Source of the DNA: a bacterium
GTDB lineage: Bacteria; Patescibacteriota; Minisyncoccia; UBA6257; MFKM01
Direction of reading: 5' to 3'
Assembly: GCA_030693325.1 (NCBI GenBank)
Contig: JAUYAV010000005.1
Span: forward strand, 1-58,117
DNA length: 58,117 nucleotides
The stretch's first letter is position 1, and the number at the start of each line of letters is the position of its first letter. Of this stretch, positions 42,146-50,305 are shown piece by piece. A model generated the notes under the pieces. It did no database searches, had not been told where the DNA came from, and was given only the letters and a program-made list of their open reading frames with translations. A program made the translations under genes and the position numbers.

Positions 42146-42247
42146 ATCTGTTATAATTATAATAAACCATATGAATCTTTACAAATTTATTCTTTTTCCG
42201 GCATTACCATGCTCCGTGGATAGTCAAGTTTATTTAGGAATGGATTT

Positions 42248-44344
42248 ATGAAAAAAATTTCTTTTTTAATTCTAAGTATTTTTTTAATTACACAGTTTTT
42301 AACTGTACAGCCCAGTTTTGCCGCTGCAACAGGACTTGACTATATGGAGTATTCCTCCGACGCTAACGCACGGGCGGCGTATGTGAGTAATGCTTATCTG
42401 TCAGCTACGGGCGGAACGGAAACGACCGTGGGAAGTGATAAAGTTCATACATTTGCTTCTTCGGGAACATTCATAGTTACTGGTTCAGGAAATGTTCAAG
42501 TTTTGGTAGTTGGCGGCGGGGCTAATAGCCCAGGTTCGGGCATAGGTGGCGGCGCAGGACAATATATATACAATAGTTCATTCGCAATTTCCTCCGGTTC
42601 TTATACAACTACCATAAATGGCCCTGGTGGAACATCTGTTTTTAGTAGTATAACAGCCAATCCTGGTAGCGGAGGTACATCAGGTAACGGTTATACTTAT
42701 GGTTCCCGTGCCAGTGGTCCTTATGGCGCAAGTAACGGCGCGGGTGGGGGTTCATCGGCAAATGGTGGTAATGCGGCTAACTATGGGGATTGGACTTATG
42801 GCGGAACTGCTGGAGCGGGAACTGCTAATTCAATTACAGGAACATCATTAGCTTATGCGTGCGGAGGCTCTGGCGGGCCTGATGGGGGAGGCAGTAATTA
42901 TGCTGGAATGTACGGTTCAAGAGTATATGGTGATGGCCAAGGTTCAACTGCAACGCTTTGGTTTCTCTACGAAGGCAGTAGTCCAAATCCCTGTAATGCT
43001 TTAGGCGGAGTAGTAATTATAAGATATACGCCAGTTACAACCTTACAATCTTACTCTGAAAGCACTATTAAAACTCAAGGTTCGTATTCCTTAAAAGGAG
43101 TCGCCACTACGGGGGCATTAAATAAAACTCTTACTCGCACAATCGGCTCACCGATAGATTTAACTGGCGCAAGTACGCTTAAATTTGATATTCGTGCCTC
43201 AAGGACAGGCAGTAATATAAAAATAGGCATCCGTGATAGCGGGGGAACGACAACCGAAACTACTCCCAATATAACCTCTGCTGACGCTTGGCAAACTGTA
43301 AGTTGGGATATATCGGGAGTTTCTAACGCCAATAAAGACGCGATAGATAGGATTACTATAACCGTAGTTAACGCCGATGCGGCGAATACTTTCTATATAG
43401 ATAATATATTTTCTCTGGCTTCTCCGACAATTTCTACTTCTGATGCCAGCGCCATCACCAGTTCCCAAGCCACCCTGAATGGGAATATCACCGATACCGG
43501 CGGAGAAAATAATACGGTGCGCGGTTTTCAATATGGGCTTGATACCGGCTATGGCTCGGATACGCACACCACCGGTTCCTACGGGACCGGCGTTTTTTCT
43601 GCCGACATCAGTAGCTTATCGCCAAATACCGCTTATCATTTCAGGGCTTATAGCACTAATTCTATCGGAACTTCTTATGGCGCGGACACTATTCTTACAA
43701 CTTCAGTAGCCGTTCCTGTAGTTGCGACAAACGACGCCACTTCCATAACCTCTTCTACTGCTACTTTGAATGGAGATATAACTTCAATTGGAGGGTCTAA
43801 TGTTTTAGAGCGCGGTTTTGATTGGGGGGTTTCTTCCGGAAATTATCTTTATGCTTGGACCGAAGCCGGCAGTTTCGGAACAGGCACTTTTGACCACCCT
43901 ATTACTGGTTCAAGTCAACCTATTTATTATTTCAGAGCTAAAGTTCGCAATCCAGCCGGCTGGGCGTATGGTTCTGAAATGTCATTTCTGACGGGGGTAA
44001 GGACAACCGGTACCCTTCTTTCTTTTATTTTTGACACCGGCGTTTCCGGAGGCGTAGCTTTCAACAGCATTATGTGGCTAGGGAACCAACCGGCAGGTAG
44101 CGCTGTAGGATTCCAGTTTGCTTCTTCTAACTCCACTTCCAGTTTTCCTACCCCCACCGGTCCCGGCGGCACTTCTCTTTCCACTGATACCTACAACCCC
44201 ACCGGGTCCGGCATTCCCATTGCTCTTAGTCGGGCTTACCACAACAACTACCGTTATTTCCGCTATCAGATTATTTTAGTAAGTAATTCGGCCCTAACCG
44301 CCGGCCCGAGAGTTGATGACGTGATTATCAATTGGTCGCCTTAA
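42248..44344 (+). CDS. Secreted/cell-surface protein: signal peptide, glycine-rich region, two tandem Ig/Fn3-like repeats
   Basis: Signal-like N-terminus ending SFAAAT. Gly-rich VLVVGGGANSPGSGIGGGAG... Internal repeats of about 95 aa (SITSS.ATLNG.IT..GG.N...RGF..G...). Visibly higher G+C than its neighbours. Confidence 0.7.
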   Translation: MKKISFLILSIFLITQFLTVQPSFAAATGLDYMEYSSDANARAAYVSNAYLSATGGTETTVGSDKVHTFASSGTFIVTGSGNVQVLVVGGGANSPGSGIGGGAGQYIYNSSFAISSGSYTTTINGPGGTSVFSSITANPGSGGTSGNGYTYGSRASGPYGASNGAGGGSSANGGNAANYGDWTYGGTAGAGTANSITGTSLAYACGGSGGPDGGGSNYAGMYGSRVYGDGQGSTATLWFLYEGSSPNPCNALGGVVIIRYTPVTTLQSYSESTIKTQGSYSLKGVATTGALNKTLTRTIGSPIDLTGASTLKFDIRASRTGSNIKIGIRDSGGTTTETTPNITSADAWQTVSWDISGVSNANKDAIDRITITVVNADAANTFYIDNIFSLASPTISTSDASAITSSQATLNGNITDTGGENNTVRGFQYGLDTGYGSDTHTTGSYGTGVFSADISSLSPNTAYHFRAYSTNSIGTSYGADTILTTSVAVPVVATNDATSITSSTATLNGDITSIGGSNVLERGFDWGVSSGNYLYAWTEAGSFGTGTFDHPITGSSQPIYYFRAKVRNPAGWAYGSEMSFLTGVRTTGTLLSFIFDTGVSGGVAFNSIMWLGNQPAGSAVGFQFASSNSTSSFPTPTGPGGTSLSTDTYNPTGSGIPIALSRAYHNNYRYFRYQIILVSNSALTAGPRVDDVIINWSP

Positions 44345-44408
44345 TGTTGATATTTTATCTATCAAGGTTGAACCTCAATAGTTTTCGTCAAGACCAGAGG
44401 CCGTAGTT

Positions 44409-44436
44409 TTGAGTTTTTGGTTTTAAGTTTTATAAT
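44409..44436 (+). promoter_or_regulatory. Candidate leuS promoter; the -10 ends 8 nt before the ATG
   Basis: TTGAGT (44409..44414), a 16-nt spacer, then TATAAT (44431..44436). The ATG is at 44445. Confidence 0.45.
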
Positions 44437-44444
44437 TTCCTTAT

Positions 44445-46958
44445 ATGTTTTACCCTTTCCAAAAAATTGAGAAGAAATGGCGGGCGCTTTGGGATAAAAA
44501 TAAAATTTACGAGCCGGATTTCAAGAAGGCTCAAAAACCTTTTTATAACCTGATGATGTTCCCTTATCCTTCGGCCGAAGGATTACACGTGGGTAATATG
44601 TACGCTTTTGTAGGAAGCGATATTTACGGCCGACTTAAGCGGATGCAAGGATACGATGTTTTTGAACCGATTGGCCTGGACGGTTTCGGAATCCATTCCG
44701 AAAATTACGCTTTGAAAATCAAAGCGCATCCGATGGAGCAGGCGAAGGTTTCCGAAAAACGTTTTTATGAACAGCTTTCGGCAATTGGCAATGGTTTCGC
44801 CTGGGATGAACATCTTGAAACTTACGACCCAGAATATTATAAATGGACGCAGTGGATTTTCGTTCAGATGTTTAAAAACGGTTTGGTTTACCGCAAAAAG
44901 CAGGCGGTGAATTGGTGTTTGGGGTGCAAGACCGTTTTAGCCGATGAGCAAGTGATTAGCGGAGAATGCGAACGGTGTTCCAGCAAAGTTATAAAAAAAG
45001 AATTGGAACAATGGTTTTTTAAAATTACAAAATACGCGGAACAGTTGCTTGAAAATCTGGAGAAAATTGATTGGTCGGAAAAAATAAAAATCGCCCAGAA
45101 AGAATGGATAGGGAAGTCGGAAGGCGCGGAAATTGATTTTTCAGTTAAAGATAGTGAAGAAAAAATAAAAGTTTTTACGACCCGGCCGGATACTTTGTTC
45201 GGCGCGACTTATATGGTTTTGGCGCCGGAACACGAGTTGATCTCAAATCTTAAATCCCAAATATCAAACATAAAAGAAGTTGGAACTTATATTAAAAAAG
45301 CGAAAGAAAAATCGGATTCGGAAAGAATAGAATTTAATAAGGAAAAAACCGGCGTGGAATTGAAAGGCATTAAAGCGATAAATCCGGCGAACAAAAAAGA
45401 AATTCCGGTTTTTGCGGCGGATTATGTTTTATCAACTTACGGTACCGGCGCGATTATGGCGGTGCCAGCGCATGACGAACGGGATTTTGAGTTCGCTAGG
45501 CGCTATGAACTTCCCGTTGTGGAAGTTGTAGCGCCGCTGATTTATGCGGATAGAAAGCAGATTGATGCTGATAACAATATCGGCATAAATCGGCAAAATC
45601 AGCATAAATCCGCGATGATTGAGCCGTATATCAGCGAAGGAATATTAGTAAATTCAGGCCGATTTGATGGAATGCCTTCCGAAAAAGCCGGATGGGAAAT
45701 CACGAAATTAACTAACGGTAAAAAAACAATTCAGTATCATCTTCGTGACTGGCTTATTTCAAGGCAGCGCTATTGGGGCGCGCCGATTCCGATGATTTAT
45801 TGCGAGGCGTGCGCGAAATTAGGAAAAGGGGATAAGCCGGAGATGCCGGGCTGGTACGCGGCCCTGGAAAAAGATTTGCCGGTTGTTTTGCCGTATGTGA
45901 AAGATTTCCGGCCGAAAGGGACAGGCGAATCGCCGCTGGCGGCCGACAAAAAGTTTTATGAAGTTAAATGTCCCGAATGCGGCAAGACGGCGCGCCGTGA
46001 AACCGATGTTTCCGACACTTTTCTTGATTCCGCCTGGTATTATTTGCGCTATCCTTCGGTGAGTTCAGGAACGGCCGATGCGGAGCCCTGGAATCCGGAA
46101 ATAACAAAAAAATGGTTTCCCGTGAATCTTTACACCGGCGGCGCCGAGCATTCGGTGCTTCATCTGCTTTACGTGCGTTTCGCGGCACTCGCGCTTCACG
46201 ACTTGAAATTGCTGGATTTCGGTCCGTCAGAGGCGCCTAGAGGAGAGCCGTTTCCCAAATTCCGCAGTCACGGCCTTTTGATAAAAGACGGCGCTAAGAT
46301 GTCAAAGTCAAAAGGAAATGTGGTCAATCCGGATGAATACATTAAAAAATTCGGCGCGGATGCGCTCCGGATGTATCTGATGTTTTTGGCGCCTTTTGAA
46401 CAGGGCGGCGATTTCCGCGATGAGGCGATTATGGGAATCGTGCGTTTTCTGGAGCGGGTTTGGGAATTATCGGACAAAAAAGAGGTGAAAGACGGTTGGA
46501 AAACCAAGGAGATTATTTTACAAAAAACCATCAAAAAAATTACCGAAGATATTGAAAATCTTAAATACAACACCGCCATTTCCGAATTGATGAAATTTAT
46601 TAAAATTTTGGAAGAATATCCCGATAAAAACAATTTTGAAATTTTCCTTAAACTTCTCGCGCCTTTCGCGCCTTTCATCGCTGAAGAGCTTTGGAGAAAA
46701 CTCGGACATAAAAAATCCATTCATTTGGAAAATTGGCCCGAGTATAATCCGCAGTTAATTAAAGAAGATAAATTTGAACTTATAATTCAGGTTAACGGCA
46801 AATTCCGGGATAAAGTTTCGGTTCCCCAAGAAATTACCGAAAAAGAAGCCGAAGAGTTGGCGGTTTCCCAAGAAAAAATCAAGAATTGCTTAAAAGACAA
46901 AAAGATAGTAAAAACAATTTTTGTCGCAGGAAAGCTTATTAATTTAGTTGTCAATTAA
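44445..46958 (+). CDS. leuS: Leucine--tRNA ligase
   Basis: Class I HIGH region (PYPSAEGLHVGN), KMSKS (GAKMSKSKGN), the CP1/editing region and the zinc motif CLGCKT...CERCSS. Contains an in-frame repeat insertion (see findings). Confidence 0.96.
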   Translation: MFYPFQKIEKKWRALWDKNKIYEPDFKKAQKPFYNLMMFPYPSAEGLHVGNMYAFVGSDIYGRLKRMQGYDVFEPIGLDGFGIHSENYALKIKAHPMEQAKVSEKRFYEQLSAIGNGFAWDEHLETYDPEYYKWTQWIFVQMFKNGLVYRKKQAVNWCLGCKTVLADEQVISGECERCSSKVIKKELEQWFFKITKYAEQLLENLEKIDWSEKIKIAQKEWIGKSEGAEIDFSVKDSEEKIKVFTTRPDTLFGATYMVLAPEHELISNLKSQISNIKEVGTYIKKAKEKSDSERIEFNKEKTGVELKGIKAINPANKKEIPVFAADYVLSTYGTGAIMAVPAHDERDFEFARRYELPVVEVVAPLIYADRKQIDADNNIGINRQNQHKSAMIEPYISEGILVNSGRFDGMPSEKAGWEITKLTNGKKTIQYHLRDWLISRQRYWGAPIPMIYCEACAKLGKGDKPEMPGWYAALEKDLPVVLPYVKDFRPKGTGESPLAADKKFYEVKCPECGKTARRETDVSDTFLDSAWYYLRYPSVSSGTADAEPWNPEITKKWFPVNLYTGGAEHSVLHLLYVRFAALALHDLKLLDFGPSEAPRGEPFPKFRSHGLLIKDGAKMSKSKGNVVNPDEYIKKFGADALRMYLMFLAPFEQGGDFRDEAIMGIVRFLERVWELSDKKEVKDGWKTKEIILQKTIKKITEDIENLKYNTAISELMKFIKILEEYPDKNNFEIFLKLLAPFAPFIAEELWRKLGHKKSIHLENWPEYNPQLIKEDKFELIIQVNGKFRDKVSVPQEITEKEAEELAVSQEKIKNCLKDKKIVKTIFVAGKLINLVVN

Positions 46959-46971
46959 GCCCAGCCCAAAT

Positions 46972-47009
46972 TACTATTGTAAATCCACGATCGTGGAATT
47001 ACAATAGTA
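46972..47009. repeat. Palindrome family copy 2 (one mismatch)
   Basis: TACTATTGTAAATCCACGA|TCGTGGAATTACAATAGTA, 14 nt after the leuS stop. Confidence 0.95.
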
Positions 47010-47053
47010 GCTTTAATTATAGTAAAATAATTGATAATATTAATTAAGAAAAT

Positions 47054-47929
47054 ATGTCAAAAATTATCGGCATAATTCTTTTAGTGGCGGCGGTTTTTGT
47101 GATTTCCCTGGTATGGAAAACCGCGCCTGCTAATAACCTGCTTAGTTCAAACCCGAGCGAAACCGCCGCGCCTCAGACCAATGTTTCTACAAATTATTCT
47201 ACAAATTACAGTCCATACTCGGCTCCGAGCGGTGGAACCACAATTTCCGCTCCTTCAAAGCCCGAGGCTACTCCGCTCAATCAAAGAGTTCGTATTAGCT
47301 CCGCTAATATTTCCGGTTATCCCTTGCAGTATTCCCATATCACCCTTTATAGTAGTCTCAAAAAAGGGGAAACGATTGACATCACCGGCTGGAAAATCAA
47401 AAGCAACAAAAGTGAAGCAACTATTCCCCAGGCCATTGAGATTTATGACCTGTCCGGCTACAGCGTAGACGGCGATATAATTCTTAAACAGAGTAATTAT
47501 GTGGATTTATACAGCTTATCCAGCCCTGTGAATAAAAATTTGCGGCTGAATAAATGCAGCGGCTATCTGGCGCAAAGTTATAATTTCGGGCCCGTTTATT
47601 TGTCTTCCGGCTGCCCTCGTATTTCATCTTCGGAAATCAGAAATCTTTCCGGCCAATGCCAGTCATACATTCAATCTCTTGGTTCCTGCCGGACGCCCGA
47701 CCTTAATTTTTCCAACTCTTTGCCGGGGAATGACGAAGGCAACGCCTGCCGGGCTTTTTTACAAAACATCGGTTACGCCAGCTGTGTCTCAAGCCACAGA
47801 AACGATGCCGATTTTCTTTCAAATAATTGGATAGTTTGGCTTTACGGCCAAATAACTCTTGATCCCCAGCACGATTATCTGCGGCTTTACAACGCAAGCG
47901 GGGATTTAATGAGCGAATACAGCTATTAA
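47054..47929 (+). CDS. Hypothetical anchored/secreted protein (possible lamin-tail-like beta domain plus Cys-rich C-terminus)
   Basis: N-terminal TM helix. The segment RVRISSANISG...ITLYSS...IDITGWKIKS resembles LTD-type domains, which is a weak call. The C-terminal half contains eight Cys. Confidence 0.55.
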   Translation: MSKIIGIILLVAAVFVISLVWKTAPANNLLSSNPSETAAPQTNVSTNYSTNYSPYSAPSGGTTISAPSKPEATPLNQRVRISSANISGYPLQYSHITLYSSLKKGETIDITGWKIKSNKSEATIPQAIEIYDLSGYSVDGDIILKQSNYVDLYSLSSPVNKNLRLNKCSGYLAQSYNFGPVYLSSGCPRISSSEIRNLSGQCQSYIQSLGSCRTPDLNFSNSLPGNDEGNACRAFLQNIGYASCVSSHRNDADFLSNNWIVWLYGQITLDPQHDYLRLYNASGDLMSEYSY

Positions 47930-47955
47930 AATAAAAAAGACAATCAAAAAATAGC

Positions 47956-47993
47956 TACTATTGTAATTCCACGATCGTGGAATTACAATAGTA
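47956..47993. repeat. Palindrome family copy 3 (perfect)
   Basis: TACTATTGTAATTCCACGA|TCGTGGAATTACAATAGTA between convergent genes ending at 47929 and 48024. Confidence 0.95.
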
Positions 47994-48023
47994 AACCAAA
48001 TATTGATTTACTAAAATTACTGA

Positions 48024-49061
48024 TTACCGAATTGTCTTTTCCGCTAAAGTCATTTTAATATCAATTTCTTTTTCGTCTCTTAAAACTTTTAATTTTATAG
48101 TTTCGTTCACCGCCATATTCTCCAAAAAATCCTGAATGGGTTTATCGGTCGTGATTTTTTCTCCGTTAATTTCCAAAAGAATATCTTTTTCTTTGATACC
48201 CGCTAAATCAGCTGGACTATTGGGAATAATAGCGTGTTCTTCGTGAGCAATCAGAGCTCCATAATCAACAGACAGTTTAAGTTTTTCCTTAAGATTTTGA
48301 TCAATGCTTAAATAGCGGATTCCTAAAAATGGCCTTCGGATTCTTCCGTATTTTTTTAAATCCTCAAGGGCTCTTTTGGCTGCGTTGATGGGAATAGCGA
48401 AGCCGATGTTTTCGGCGTCAAAAACCACCGCCACATTAATGCCGATGGTCTGGCCGAATATATCAACCAGCGGTCCGCCGGAATTGCCCGGGTTGATGGC
48501 GGCATCGGTTTGAATCAAGCCTCGCAATTCCTGAATGGAATTGACATCGGCTTGAGCGGCGATGGAACGGCTTAAGCCGGAAACGATTCCCGAAGAAACC
48601 GTGTTTTTGAAAAGCCCCAGGGCGTTTCCGATGGCCATAACAGTTTGTCCTAATTCAATTTCATTGGAATCGCCGAGTTTGACTGTCGGAAATTTTTTGC
48701 CCGAATCAGTGATTTGAAGAATAGCGACGTCATTAAGCGGGTCGCGGGCCAGAATTTCCGCTTTCAATTTTTTATTGTCGCTAGTGACAACCATATATTC
48801 CGCATCGGCGTCAGCGACAACGTGCCTGTTGGTGATAACTATGCCTTTTTCGTCAACGATAAACCCCGAGCCGCCTCCGATTTTCACCATTCCGCGGCTG
48901 TCAATGTTTTCTTCGGGAATGTCGGTTTTTGAATTAAAAAGAGGAAATTCTTTAGTCAATTCTTGTTCTAGTTTTTCAAGGTTTTTGGAAATGACGATAG
49001 AAACCACGGCCGGCATTACCTTTTTAATCATTGTAATAAGAGGGGATTTTTCTTTTCGCAT
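48024..49061 (-). CDS. htrA: HtrA/DegP-family serine protease with one PDZ domain
   Basis: Catalytic context TNRHVV, D...DVAIL and GNSGGPLV, with a C-terminal PDZ. I chose the ATG at 49061 (MRKEKSPLITMIKKVMPAVVSI). The ORF-track extension to 49280 reads through a tRNA and a palindrome. Confidence 0.9.
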   Translation of the reverse strand: MRKEKSPLITMIKKVMPAVVSIVISKNLEKLEQELTKEFPLFNSKTDIPEENIDSRGMVKIGGGSGFIVDEKGIVITNRHVVADADAEYMVVTSDNKKLKAEILARDPLNDVAILQITDSGKKFPTVKLGDSNEIELGQTVMAIGNALGLFKNTVSSGIVSGLSRSIAAQADVNSIQELRGLIQTDAAINPGNSGGPLVDIFGQTIGINVAVVFDAENIGFAIPINAAKRALEDLKKYGRIRRPFLGIRYLSIDQNLKEKLKLSVDYGALIAHEEHAIIPNSPADLAGIKEKDILLEINGEKITTDKPIQDFLENMAVNETIKLKVLRDEKEIDIKMTLAEKTIR

Positions 49062-49090
49062 TTTTTTATTATACCATGCGGTGGGGGTGA

Positions 49091-49110
49091 CCTGCCTGCC
49101 GGCAGGCAGG
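49091..49110. repeat. CCTGCCTGCCGGCAGGCAGG palindrome, copy 3
   Basis: Read directly from the sequence. Lies between tRNA-Ser and the htrA start. Confidence 0.95.
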
Positions 49111-49131
49111 GATTCAAACTCACGAACAAAG

Positions 49132-49217
49132 CGGAAGCGGGAGGATTCGAACCTCCGAGGGGAATTTCCCCAACTGGTTTTCAAGACCAGCGCCATAAAC
49201 CACTCGGCCACGCTTCC
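49132..49217 (-). tRNA. tRNA-Ser (anticodon UGA), long variable arm
   Basis: Minus strand GGAAGCG TG GCCGAGTGGTTTATGGCG CTGGT CTTGAAA ACCAG TTGGGGAAATTCCCCTC GGAGG TTCGAAT CCTCC CGCTTCC G. Confidence 0.9.
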
Positions 49218-49255
49218 GCTTTGTTCACTAGTTTTTCCCGCCGTTGGCGGGATTG

Positions 49256-49335
49256 CGATTTGTAGATAAAATTTTAACAAATTTTATACAAATCGGGAAC
49301 AAGACTACCGCCTTAAACCACTCGGCCACCCCACC
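49256..49335 (-). other. Second tRNA-like 5' half (type II, Ser/Leu-like) fused to a long AT-rich hairpin
   Basis: Minus strand GGTGGGG TG GCCGAGTGGTTTAAGGCG GTAGT CTTGTTC, then the hairpin CGATTTGTATAAAATTT-GTT-AAAATTTTATCTACAAATCG. No T-arm or 3' acceptor strand. Lies directly upstream of tRNA-Ser. Confidence 0.55.
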
Positions 49336-49383
49336 CTTCCATTTTCTTTATTATTTTTCTATTATAATTTAATCAATCCGAGA

Positions 49384-49412
49384 TTGAAAGGCAAATTGAT
49401 TATTTGTATAAT
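49384..49412 (+). promoter_or_regulatory. Candidate promoter of the tRNA-Arg/tRNA-Val pair
   Basis: TTGAAA (49384..49389), a 17-nt spacer, then TATAAT (49407..49412). The predicted start falls at or next to tRNA-Arg position 1 (49420). Confidence 0.5.
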
Positions 49413-49419
49413 TCATTTA

Positions 49420-49491
49420 CCCCTCGTAGTTCAATGGATAGAACGGGAATCTCCTAAGTTCTAAATGCAGGTTCGATTCCTGCCGAGGGGA
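49420..49491 (+). tRNA. tRNA-Arg (anticodon CCU)
   Basis: CCCCTCG TA GTTC AATGGATA GAAC G GGAAT CTCCTAA GTTCT AAAT GCAGG TTCGATT CCTGC CGAGGGG A. Confidence 0.88.
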
Positions 49492-49499
49492 TGAATGAA

Positions 49500-49574
49500 G
49501 GGCGTTTAGCTCAGTGGTAGAGCGTTTCGTTGACATCGAAAAGGTCGGAGGTCCAATCCCTCCAACGCCCACCA
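49500..49574 (+). tRNA. tRNA-Val (anticodon GAC), CCA encoded
   Basis: GGGCGTT TA GCTC AGTGGTA GAGC G TTTCG TTGACAT CGAAA AGGTC GGAGG TCCAATC CCTCC AACGCCC A CCA. Confidence 0.9.
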
Positions 49575-49618
49575 GGCAGGATTTTGCACATTGATAAGCT
49601 CTATGGTACGATTAAAAA

Positions 49619-50305
49619 ATGAAATCACGCTATCATCATTTAAAGCCGAGAATAATTGCCCTTCGTAAATCAGGCAAAACATATACCGAGATATGTAAAA
49701 TTATTGGCATAAATATTTCGAAAGGCACTTTATCTGACTGGTGCGGCAGTATTTCGCTATCCCCTGAACAGCAGCAAAGAGTCGAACGTTCAATCAAAAG
49801 AGGCACAAAAAAGGGGCAAGCAGTCGCATTGGTTGTTAATAAGCTGAAAAGAGAAAAGTATATCCAAGCCATAAGAGATAGAGTGAATCATCTTCCCGAT
49901 AAGTTAAAAGATGAAAATACTTCAAAAATTGCGCTTGCAATGTTGTACTTAGGAGAGGGATCGAAAACCAAGAGGGGATCTTTAATGTTCGGCAATTCAG
50001 ATCCATTGGTTATACGTTTATTTTTGGGCTTGTTGAGATACTGTTACGATATCAACGAAAATAAATTTCGTTGTACGCTTCAATGCAGAGCTGACCAAGA
50101 TATTAAAAAACTGGAAAAATTTTGGTCCAATATTACAAAAATTCCGTTTTCGCAATTTTATAAAGCAAGGATTGATCCGAGAACCATAGGAAAACGATCA
50201 AAGAAAAAAGATTATAAAGGCGTTTGTAGAATAGATTATTTTTCTGCGGATATTTTTAATGAGCTTCAAATTATTATTGAAATTATTGGTAATATAGAAT
50301 TTTAA
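49619..50305 (+). CDS. HTH plus LAGLIDADG-like homing-endonuclease-like protein
   Basis: N-terminal resolvase-type HTH (RKSGKTYTEICKIIGINISKGTLSDWC). Central IALAMLYLGEGSKTKRGSLMFGNSDPLVIRLFLGLL resembles single-motif LAGLIDADG proteins, judged by eye. Confidence 0.5.
   Translation: MKSRYHHLKPRIIALRKSGKTYTEICKIIGINISKGTLSDWCGSISLSPEQQQRVERSIKRGTKKGQAVALVVNKLKREKYIQAIRDRVNHLPDKLKDENTSKIALAMLYLGEGSKTKRGSLMFGNSDPLVIRLFLGLLRYCYDINENKFRCTLQCRADQDIKKLEKFWSNITKIPFSQFYKARIDPRTIGKRSKKKDYKGVCRIDYFSADIFNELQIIIEIIGNIEF

Noticed and set aside
49062-49280. N-terminal extension of the htrA ORF
   Set aside because: It reads through tRNA-Ser (antisense-type peptide GSVAEWFMALVLKTSWG) and the CCTGCCTGCCGGCAGGCAGG palindrome. 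The protease homology begins at the ATG at 49061.
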